Shown here one piece after another: positions 27,039 through 39,200 of a DNA stretch of 64,000 bases. Origin of the DNA: Eledone cirrhosa (taxonomy: Eukaryota); contig OZ024750.1 of NCBI GenBank assembly GCA_964016885.1, positions 23,002,001 through 23,066,000 of the forward strand, given 5' to 3'. The notes beneath the pieces are model-generated. The model saw only the letters and a list, made by a program, of their open reading frames with translations, did no database searches and was not told the origin of the DNA. How positions within the stretch are numbered: position 1 is the first letter of the stretch; the number at the start of each line of letters is the position of its first letter. A program made the position numbers and the translations under genes.

Positions 27039-28279
27039 GTACAAATATATGTAAATATGTACATATGTATAGTGATGGAATGAGATACTCAATGCTGGTA
27101 GTAAGCAAAGCCAAAGTTACTACATCTATTGGGTTGGTTAGGACTCCAGGTTTCACCTTTAAAAAGTCTCTGTGAACATGGTCTTCACAGATATTCCGAC
27201 ACTGATGATTAAATATATGTCTGTATATATATATATAAACTTGCTAGGTGTTGAATCTCTTGAGTAACAAGCTACTGGATAATCTTAATAATATATGTAT
27301 TTATATACACTCACATACATATAATCCTTTATACATACACTTTTCCATGCTTGAAAGGGTTGGACCATATATATATACACACATATATATATATATATAT
27401 ATGCTCATCATTTGGTTTGCTAAAAGTGTCTGTGTTATGAATCAGCCACTGAAGGTGAAACTTGGAGTTGTAATCAACCAAAGCTGTATACTCTTTTACT
27501 CTTTTACCTGTTCAAGCCATCCGGCTGAGGCCATGCTGGGACACTGTATATATATATATATATATATATACCTACATACATACACATACATATAATACAT
27601 GTAATTACAATCTAATAATATATTTTACCTGGTCACTTAGATACTTAAAAATATAAAACGCTACCTTTATTACCTGGTAATTATTATTAAAATATAGTTA
27701 ATCCAATTTACTAATAAATAATTCAATTTTATCATATATTTACAGATGAAAACTAAATAATAATATAATTAGAGGCAAGGCATTTACAATGGTTGATATG
27801 CAGAGCAAATTTTATTTTCTTAGTCTAACATGGTAAACCTTGTTTATATATAATATTTTCTGTTGAATAATGCTTAAAAAATGTAATAATAATGGTTTGA
27901 AGAATTGTTTAAATTTAATTCATATTAATTTACATTGTTAATTGCACCATATTAAGCAAACAACACCACATTATTGCTGGGAGGGATTACAACGTCTTAA
28001 TGCAACTTAGGGGATTATTTATAATTTAGAGTGACCTCTGTGGACCCAACTAGCGTCCCCTTTGGCCCAAACTAGTTTAAGGAGAGACTAATCTTTAAAG
28101 GGTCTGGTGATGTCAGTATGGAAAATTGTCAGAAAGTAGAAGTAAATTATAAAACATAAAAAGCAACATAAAGGATGCAAAGATAAAAAGGAATGAACTG
28201 AAAAAAAAAGAAGAAACAAAAACTGAAAATAAATGAAGACATGAGGAAAATAATATGTAAATGTAGTTTGTTACACAAC

Positions 28280-28845
28280 CTAAGATGCTCTGAAAAGTCT
28301 TGTTAAAGTATTATCATTACAGCTATGCAAACCTTTCTCTGTTAAAGGATGTCTCCTGAGAACCATGTTACAACAACTCAACTTTTCTGTGATGGGATCT
28401 CTTCAAAATCATGTAGCCATATAACTGTTCTCAGACATGATGTCCTAAAAACTTTCTTATGTCTATGGAATGTTTGATGCAGTGTTCTTGTTACAGCTAA
28501 GAAACTGTTGTCACAAGGTGTCTTGAAAACCTTGTTACAGCTCTGTAGCCATTCTGCAACAGGATGTCTTAAAAGTCTTATCTCACCAATACAACCTTCC
28601 TGTGACAGGATAGCTTAAAAATCATGTTCAATTTTTTTGTTACAGTGTGTTCTAAGAATCTTGTTACAACTAAACAACCTTTCAGTGACAGGATGTATTC
28701 AAATCATGTTACAGCTATGCAATCTTTTCTGTTACAGGATATACTGAAAATCTTGATAGAGCTATGTAACCATTGTTACGGAATTCCTTGAAAATCTTGT
28801 TACATCTATGCAACCATTCTGTTACAGTTTGTCTTGAAAACCTTT
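28280..28845. repeat. Degenerate tandem repeat, unit about 45-50 bp
   Basis: Recurrent aaaatcttgttacagctatgcaacc.ttctgt.acaggatgtc. Confidence 0.75.
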
Positions 28846-30859
28846 TATACAAAGATTACATAATGGACAGTGTTGACCTCACAATCATTAGATGGTGGGT
28901 TTGATTCTTGTATCAGGCAGTGAGCCATGTTCTTGATCAAGGCACTTCATTTCATGTTACTTATCATGATGAGAATGTTGCATTTATTAGAACACCCAAG
29001 AAACTTCCTAGACGATATAACCTTTATCTGTCCAGATACTTCCATGTATCACACAGAAAGCATTTTTTTAATTTTTTTTATTATATATTTCCAAAACTAT
29101 AATTTTATTTAAATGAAGACTAAATGAATGAAGTTTAGGAAGTAATAATATTACTGGTATTTACAAAATGTGACACATTAATTTCTGCACATGTAATTCC
29201 AAAATAGAAAAATATTAAACTTCTGGAAAAATAAATACTCTGGAGTAAAATAGAAGGCACCTATGATATATATTGATATTAATGTGAATTGGACATGTTT
29301 GTAACTCTATTATTTCTAACACAAAGTGAAGGCACATAACATAGTGGTCAGGCTGTTGGACTTGTAATCATTTGGTGGTTGCTGTGTTCTTGATCAAGGT
29401 GTTTCATTTCAAGTTGCTTTTCATAATGGGACTAGCATCTTTATTGACCTCTTCAGTTGCTATAGACGAGATAACTCATCCTAACATGTATGTATTCCAG
29501 TGCTACGGATGAGATAGCTTGTCCTAACATGTTTGAACTCCTTTACAACAATTCATAACTTCAAAGTTATGAACTCGTTTCCAACAGTTCATAACTTCAG
29601 AGCTAGATGGGGTTACTAGTTTATTGATGTGATGTTTGTCAATCAAAATAGTAATTTTACTGAAGAAGACCCCAGCATGGCAACAGTAGCTGTGTAAAAT
29701 ATATGCAGGCGTCAACAAGTTAAAACACCCAACACACCTTCTATGAAATACATAGAAGGTGAGTTAAACCTGCATAGGTGTATGCCGTAAATGTCATTTT
29801 TTTCTCTCTAACAAAGACACAGAGCCACATTTTTATTTTAGGGGAGAGGTTTAGTCAATTAAATTGACGACTGTACTTGAGTGGTACTTTATTTTATTGT
29901 CCCCTGAAGGATGAAAGGTGAAGTTGACCTCAGCAGGATTTGAACTCAAGATTGTAACTAAATACTGCCAAAAATATTGGCATTTATGACATCCAGTGAA
30001 GGCAACTCAGAATGTTTATTTACCAAAATTCATAGCCGCCTCTCACATTCTGATTAGGAAAATTTTCTTTTGGATAAAAAATGTATGTCAAATAAAGTAA
30101 AATGTTAAGACAAATTAGAATGAAATATTGCTTTTCTGCTGAGAGTTGAATTAGTAAACTATCATCATCATCTTAATGCCCATTTTCCCCATGCTGGTAT
30201 GAGTTAGATGGCAATTTTTGAGGCAGTGTTTCTACAGCTTGATGTCCTCATTGACACCATACTTCATTTTACTCTATAATATTTAACTCAATTCCTGCAC
30301 CACCAACAGTATTCAACATCAAAGATGGATGAGTTGCATAACATTGAGTGCTTTCCTACTATTGCATTATGGTTAACATTGTGGAATGACCAGTTCTATT
30401 CAGTGGTGAACCACCAAACTTAAATGAATATATATATATATATATCACAGACATTTGAACACATAGACAGTACTTAAAACTTCCTATGAAACTGAGTAAT
30501 AGCTGTGGGAGTTATTAACTGCAAGCCAATATATTTATACTCCATATAAAGTATTGTGTAGACTTTTCTTAGTTTGAACACATATTCGTATATGTGTATA
30601 AGTATCTGTGTGTATGTGTATCTGTGTGTACCTGTCTACTGACAGTGATGATACATAATTTAAAAAAACAAAAACAAATAAAAATAGCAAATAAAAATAA
30701 GAAGAAAAACAAAAAACAAATCAAAGAAAGAAAGAAACAAAGCCAGACATCTGGTATTTCTGTGTAATGTAACGGTCATCAGGGGTCGCCTGTAAAGTGG
30801 ACTTGCTGGGTTGCTGCTGTTCACTCCAGTAACGTATTTTCAGCCCTTGTCACCAGGAT

Positions 30860-31780
30860 CTAACATGGTTAAAGGTCTAATGTGTTTTTGATGAAGGTGA
30901 AATCTGTTTTTCATGAAAATCTAAAATATTTTGATGAAAGACTAACATGTTTTTATGGTCTAACATGTTTAATATATTTTGATGAAGGTCGAATATGCAT
31001 ATATAGAGGTAAAACATATTTTTATGAAGGCCTAACATATTTTGATGATTGTCTAATGTTTCGCATGAAAGTCGAACATGTTTTTATGGAGGTCATACAT
31101 GCGGATATGGAGGTTTAACATATTTTTTTTTATTAAAGTCTAACCTTTTGATTAAGGCCTATCCTGTTTTTCATGGAAGCCTAACAAGTTTTCATGGAAG
31201 TCTAACATATTTTGACATATTTTATGACCATACATTGACAACTAACATATTTTTTATGAAAGTCTAATGTTTTTCGTGAAATTCCAACATGGTTTTTGAT
31301 GGTGTAATATTTTTCATGAAATTCTAACATGGATTTTGATGAAGGTGTAATGTTTATCATGAAAGTTTAACAGGCTTTTTGATGAAGTTCTAATATTTAT
31401 CATGAAAGTCTAACAGGGCTTTTGATGAAGTTCTAAGGTTTATCATGAAATTCTAATATGGTTTTTTATAAAGGTGTAATGTTTATCATGGAATTCCAGC
31501 ATGATTTTTTATGAAGATCTAAGGTTTATCATGAAAGTCTAACATGGTTTTTGATGGTGTAATATTTTTCATGAAATTCTAACATGGTTTTTGATGACGG
31601 TTTAATATTTATCATGAAAGTCTAACAGGGTTTTTGATGAAGGTGTACTGTTTATCATGAAAGTCTACTGTGACTGTTGAAGGTCTAATGTTTGTCATAA
31701 AATTCTTCTGTGATTTTGATGAAGACTGATTCTTTTGATAACAATCTAATGCATTTTGATGTAGTAATATGTTTATATTG
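30860..31780. repeat. Degenerate minisatellite (unit about 21-24 bp, ggtctaacatgttttgatgaa) with dimeric higher-order repeat in the right half
   Basis: Recurrent tctaacat...tttgatgaa / tttatcatgaaa alternation. Confidence 0.8.
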
Positions 31781-31959
31781 AACTAATCACATGCATAACA
31801 CAAAAATATGTTTTGAAATAAATAATGTATTTTTGACAGATATTTAGCAATAGATGGAGACAGCCACTCAACCTCACTGCTCTGTGACTGTTTATAAGTG
31901 TGTTTTTGTAAGTTCATCTCCATTTGACTCTAAAATAACACAAGTAAACGGTTTTTCCC

Positions 31960-32027
<68 letters not shown>

Positions 32028-32030
32028 TAT

Positions 32031-32067
<37 letters not shown>

Positions 32068-32070
32068 TAT

Positions 32071-32115
<45 letters not shown>

Positions 32116-32598
32116 TATACACATATATATATATATATATATATAGATATATATATATATACATATATATACACATATATATATACATTCATATATATAT
32201 GTGCATATATATATATATATATGCATATGTATACATGAATACATATATATACATAAATACATATATATACATAAATACATATATATACATAAATACATAT
32301 ATATACATAAATACATATATATACATACATATATATATGCATATGTATACGTAAATACATATATATATATGCATATGTATACATACATATAAATATATAC
32401 ATATATATATGCATATGTATACATATACATACATATATATATGTATACATACATATATATATGTATACATACATATATATATATACATACATATATATAT
32501 ATACATACATACATACATATATATGTATACATACATATATATATACACACACACACATCCATACATATATACACACACACATATACACACACACACAT

Positions 32599-32630
<32 letters not shown>
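31960..32630. repeat. Compound (TA)n/(CA)n tract
   Basis: Direct inspection. Confidence 0.95.
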
Positions 32631-32634
<4 letters not shown>

Positions 32635-33252
32635 AAAAAACATTTACATTATTTCCCGTCATACAGTAAAGAATTCAGAGTAACTGAGGCAACACATTAA
32701 CACACACACACACACACACATTATCTTTCTCTCACATACACACACTCATTGTCACTCTCTCTGACATAATTACTAAATCGGAGAAAGCATATTTTTTATG
32801 TTGTATATGTTGTGTTCCTAAAACCGAAATGCTGCTAATAACGATGGGCTATAATCTTTTCAAGACACGTTTTATTGTTAAAAAAAAAATAAAAAAAAGT
32901 GTCAGAAGAAATTTAAAGTGTATATATATTATTTTAATGGCGAATTGTGTGGAGTATTTTCAGTGTTAATATATAAAATTAAATCTAGATATCGTGTTTT
33001 TGTTTTTGAACTTTACAGAGAAAATATGATTTTTAAAAAAGAAAGACGTTTATTTTTTTTTAAATATTTATATTTAAAGAATCATGTATTCCCTCCTCCC
33101 CTTTATCAGTGGCTAGGTTTCAGTAAATTTACAGTCAAAAACTAAGTTAGTTCCACTGTTGATTTTTTTTTTTTATTTCTGAATGTTGTGTTCAGACATT
33201 TTAAAAAGCATGATAACAGTTTGGTCTCTCAGTAGTTAAACGACAGTTAGAT

Positions 33253-36200
33253 TCAGTTCTTTAAAGCCAGAAGACTTTCAAGAACTTCATCTAAGCTGGC
33301 ATCTGTAATAGCAACCTCGGCGTTACAAGTTCGATTGAGAGAGGAGACACTCTCAGCATAATTGCTACCCAGGTCTGTTTTGACCAGTGGGGGGCCTGCT
33401 GCTGCTGTTGCCCGTTGATCCCTTTTAGTGATGCTTAGCCCAAATATGGGGCAGCGCTTATCTCCAGAAGACAGCGGCCGATAGAATGGGGAGTGGTGTT
33501 TGAGAGTATCAAGCATTGGTTGCTGTGCTTGGGACGGCATTCGAAAGCTAAGGTCAGTAAACGGCCGGCCTAACGAAGACTGGATCTGCTCCATGGATGT
33601 AGGGCAACCTTGATGGACACTGGTCAAGGGGTCATACTGTGGTCTCTGCAAGAATTCAAAGAAAGGGTCATTTTCAGAGCTACATATATTGGTCATAATT
33701 AGGGGTGAGTTGTTAGTATGGGAACAACCATTATTATAATGTGTATTAGAGTGGACGCTACTATTAGGTTTGTCATAGGAATTAAGGCCTCTATTGGTTT
33801 TGTCATATGTATTAAGGGCACTAGTATCGTCATGTATATTAAGGGCGCTAGTGTTAGTTGTGTAAGGAGTATTAAGGACTGTATCATAGGTTCTATAAAG
33901 GGTGTTGTTAGGGACACTACTATTAGAATGTTTACAAGATGTGCTTATGGAATCAGGACTAAAACTATTGTGTGTGATAAGCGAACTATTGGCATGCGGA
34001 TTACTAGAATTAGGGACGGGTGATGAGGTGGTGGTAGTGGTGTAGGTGGTTAAGGGATTAGGAGAAAGGGAAGTGGATACATTAATATCACCCTTACCTT
34101 TTCTGTTTCGGAAAAACGGCACCGGGAGCTTGGCTTTTGGAGGCGGTTGTGGGGGTGTTTGCTTGGGTTGGCTCTTAGCAACTTTATTATCCCGGAAACT
34201 GAATAATTTGGGTTTCCAATCTTTTTCTTTGCTCGCCTTACTTTTCTCGGGTTCCTTGCTCGAAGATGCTTGGTCATACAATTGGATTCGTTCTGATACT
34301 TTCACAACCTTTCGGCTTTTCTCATTAGTTTCTAAATTGTCTTGTGTTTTACCATTTTCAGTTTCAATACCAGTTGATGGTGGTTTAGACTCAGATGTTG
34401 TAGCTTTAGTTGGTTCATTAACCAACTGTTGTTGTTTCGAGTCTATTTCAGCTGGGCGTCGAGCCACTGGTCGACAGATGATAGGTGCAGCATCATCAAC
34501 AGTGTGGTATTGTTTGTGGCTATTTTTATTAGACTCTCCTACATCTGATTCAACTGAAGTAGTAGTAGTGGTGGTATTATTATTGTATGATACACAACTA
34601 CTATCTCGAACATGTTGTGAGTCGCCATTTATCAATGGTGGAGCAGTGTTAAGAGTTACAGTTGCAAAATCATCATATGTTGGCATATTATATTTTACAG
34701 GAGTTGAAGAGGGTTGTGTTGAGGTATTAACATTAGTTAGAGCATCTATACAATCTTCCATATATTCTTCTTCTTCTTCTTCTTCTTCTTCGTTGGTTTC
34801 TTCAATAGCTTCATCGATTCGTAGAGCAGGAGAAAATCCAGGCGAAACTGGAGACTTTTTGTTATTTTGTGAGTCGTGTTCAGCACGTTTGACAGGAGTG
34901 ATCCGTTTCGGAGGCTCTGGCTTTGCAGTTTTTACTGGAGTTTTGGAAACAGGGCTAATTAGAGTGGGAAAAGCTGGTTGAGAATTATTCTCTTGACTTT
35001 TTTTCTCAAACATTTCCCGAATCTTTAAGAAGGGCACTATTGGAATTGGCATTAAACCTTTGGGTTTTTCTTGATTTCTGAATTGATCACTTGGTAATTT
35101 AACATTAGCCGGCTTTGAAGGCAGTACTAACTTAGGGCTCTTTATAGGTGCAGAATGTGAACGAGTATAGCTGGGCATGACACGAGTTTTAATGACAACG
35201 GGTGCTTGGTGGTTAATGATGCTACTTGCTGGAGAGGAAGTAACACTTGCGTTAAATCTCCAATCAAAAGATCTCATGGAGTCAGCGTCTCTGTTAAGAA
35301 TACAACTACCACTGCGAGATACACTTGAATTCTTGTACCAAGCCGGAACATTTAATTTTTGTAAAGAACGGGACACTCTCAGTTCGTGAATGGACGGCAC
35401 TCGCCTAAAACCTGACTCACCTAAAAGGTCATCTTCATCATCATCATCGTCAAGATTTGTTTCAAGTGTCTGCATGCTTTTTGATTTTGGTACGTTTCGA
35501 TCGGCAAACCGGCCTTTGCCGGTGGACCGCCTTACCTGTTGTTGTTCTGAACGTAAATCCATTAGACTTGTTGATTTGCCGAAATAGGATCGCTGAAACG
35601 AGAAAGGAATTTCAAACACTTCATTATCTAAACTGAACCGTCTCTCAGTTGTTTCCCCTGTGTCTATATCCGTCTCCACTAAAGAACAGAAAGAATCATA
35701 TTGGGATAGGCAAGTCTCGAGATTATCAATGGAAGCAGCCTGAATAGACTCTACAAGGTTATCAGCATTGCCAGGTGACAATATACAGTCTGGGTGTACC
35801 TCATGATACGTTGGGCGGCGATACCTAGATGCGGGTTCACTGCGTAAATAAAGCTGACTGATATGACTTAAACTTTTACTTGGCCTAATCTTTGATGCTT
35901 GTAAAGTCACCTGGTCATGATGTAAAGAATAACGTTTAGCTGCATCTCGTCGTTTCAATGCTCTTAGCGAAGTCTTTCGATATCTCGCGAATTTATTATT
36001 CACCGAATTTTCGTCTTCAACTAAATCAGAGACATTATTTTCACTGCCAAAATATCGTTTCCGCACGGCATTAATTTTCCGCCGAACCATAGGAACTTGA
36101 CGGTTCCCAGGGATGCCTGATGTGTTTACTGTCAATGGTCTGTGAAGGGCAGATGTTCGCATAGACGATGGTGTGAGTTGGTCACTAACAAGGTCAGTGA

Positions 36201-39200
36201 GTTCATCGTATTCCTCAAGTGACAGACTGCCATCATAGTTATCGCTTTCAGTTTTATTCGAAGACGACTCCTGTTGATTGGAATGTCTTTTTCCAGACAT
36301 ATCCAATTTATCTAGAGAATATAAGCTGTTATAATCCTCCGAGTGAGCTAAACATTCGCTTTTAAAAACTTCGAATTCAACTTCAGAGTCGATACTAGTA
36401 ACAAGATCTTCGCTGGTTGTCGGTTCAGTTTTGGATATTGAATGCGATCTTATTTCAGTGTTGGGGGGCAGATGTTCATGTTGTGTTGTAGTTATCTTCC
36501 TTACAGGATCAACACTGCTGTCTACAGAATAAGCATCTATGAACAGATTGCTTGATCTCTGATTATCCGGTTTGATCAACGTTGGTGTTTTAACAACTGT
36601 TCCAACCTCCAAATGAGACACTTCTGTAGGATTACTTACTTGAACATATTTCACTGAATCGTAACTAGGTTTTTGCTTTATATGATTCTCACTGGTAGAA
36701 TCTACAGGTATTTGTTTTTTATTAATATCTTCCTCAACTTCTTCATGAGGAATGAATTGAGTTTCTTTTAAATCCCTGTCTAGATGAAACTCTTCTCTAT
36801 TTACTATATCAGGAAAACCTGTTTTTTCTACTGTTTCCTGCATTATAGAGTATTTCTCACTTAACTCTGCTTGCTGTCTATCAACATGGTAAGCTTGTCC
36901 CTCAACGATATCAGGAAATGGTCGTTTTTCTTTACATTCTAATACGGTAAAGTCCTCACACATCACATCCTGTGTTTTTCCAATAGTCCCTTTGTTTACC
37001 ACATCTGGGAATGTAGATACCTGTACCCGATCAATATTATCCCGCTGTAAGGAGGAGGAGGAGTTTATGGGGTAGGTATCTTTTTTGACAAGGTCAGGAA
37101 ACACCCTGTCATCTTCCACACCCTCTTCTATAATATAGTCATTAGAATTGATATCATGGCCAGTTTCAGTAAAACTTCCTTTTTTTAAAATGTCGGGATA
37201 TGATTTCTCCATGGTATCCAAGGTAACATAATCACTCACAACATAATCCGAATACTTGTTAATATATAAATCCTTTTCGGTTAATCCATCGTAATGTAAT
37301 ATATTTTCCAAGGCTTCCTGTTCGATATAATCCTTTGGCATTGGCACTTTATTTTCTTCTTCCGTCTCTTTATGCACTTGATTGGTTAATCCATCCAGAG
37401 GCGATACAGTATCCAGAGTTCCTGGCTCCTTATAACTTGCCAGATAGATGTTCTGTTGTTCTAGACTGATATAGTTATCAGGTTTGCTACTTTCCCTTTC
37501 CTCAGCATTTGTCGTAGACAAGGCCCTTTTGAAAACCACAGGGCCATTGTCCAGCTTGCTGGTAGTAAAAACATTAATGTCATCAGAAGCCCATTTCAAT
37601 GAATTATCAACATAATCCTTTGCTTGAGTAAACTTTAGATTATCTGCCGATAAATTATTATTTTCAGTAAGTTCTAACATGTTTTCACTGTCATTATCAC
37701 CATATTGTGACACACTGTTGTTATTTAGAGTGTTGCTGTTGTTGTCGTAGTTTTCTACGTAATAATTCCGAACATTGTAAGCAGTTTCGCTTGGTTCCGA
37801 GTAGGAAAATGTAAAACCACGGGGTGGATTCTCAGCGGCATTAGATTTCCTAGCATCAAAGTAGAGCTGGACTGGCCAGTTAATATAGTGTGCATCTGGT
37901 GAAGGGTTCTGGAAATCACGGGAAACATTTTTTCCTATAATGATGAATTCATCTCCGGGTAAGTTTGTTTCCTCTTTCGTTGTGGAATTGGCTCGGATAT
38001 CAAGCATCAGACCATGGGTACTTTCCGAAGGACTGGAGCTGGTTTCTTCGTCTTGGTTGACATCACCATCAGAATATGATCGTTCTCGAGATTTATTTAC
38101 AGGAGTTTGTGTGGGGTTGACTGAATCATCCTTGATTCGCTGCGAACGTTCGTTTGAAGAGGTTGTGAAACTTAAGAGTGCATTTTCATTGTAGGTGGTC
38201 AAATCACGGGAAGTGTCACTTAAATCGCCAATGGTCTGACTGAGTGGCCGAGCCGCGACCGAGGATTTTTTCAACGAGTTTGACAGTTCTTCGGTTGATC
38301 GAACTTGTTGTTTGTCTGTTGGATCAATAATGTTGAACTGATCGATCTCATTGCTTGTATTGGATTGCTGCTGTTGGTCAGAAGTTGGTGGAGACGTAGG
38401 AAGAGAAGTAGATAGTTCCTCGGTGTAAACATTTGATGAGTCGTCGTTTATCAACATATCACAATTGTTGTTATCTCTACACACATGTTCGACTGGAATG
38501 TTTTGAATAGATATCACATTATCAACAGTTGCTGCTGCTGTTGTTGTTGTTGGTTCTGGTGTTAATACTGTAGTTGTTGTTGTTAACTGAGTATTATAAT
38601 CTGTCTCGAGTAACGACGTAGAAGCTGAGATATTAAACAATTGCTTTGGTGGTCGTATAATAGGTGCCTGCTCAACTATTGCAGTAGCGTGTGTGTAGGT
38701 GACATAATTGTTATTATCTGTAGTAGAAGTACAAGTATCATTATCAGCATAACTGGGTTGGTCACATTCCACCATACTAGTCACCCTTATACCTTCCTCT
38801 ATGTATCTTCTTTCTCCGTTCTCCAGCTCGTCTCTATCTGCAAACTCCTCACTACACGATGAATATGGTGACGTGAAAGACGTATCAGCAGAACTTCCAT
38901 CATAATTTTTAGCTGGTTCATAGTCATTGCTTCTGTTGTTTTCCGTTGAAAAACTTCTGCCATGCTGTCGGGGTGAGCTGCTAGCACTGCTGCTACTACT
39001 ACCACTTCTATTGCTGTTAGTAGGTAGCAGAAGTGCAGTTCGATTACTTCCTTGGCTGCTGTTATTGTTATTACTAGTAGTAGTAGTAGCAACATCACCA
39101 GGGTAAGATGGGAACAACAGACTAGAAGTAGTAGCAGTAGTGCCGCCACCACGTGCTGGAACACCTGTAAGACTATGTGAACTGCTGCTACTAATACTGC

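Noticed and set aside
30745-30790. CTGATGA...GAAA on the minus strand as another hammerhead
   Set aside because: No convincing stem II, no NUH after stem III, no stem I pairing.
34091-34100. AG|GTAAG splice donor inside the giant ORF
   Set aside because: Equally good matches occur at about 35535 and 40280; no convincing downstream coding exon was found. It cannot be supported without transcripts.
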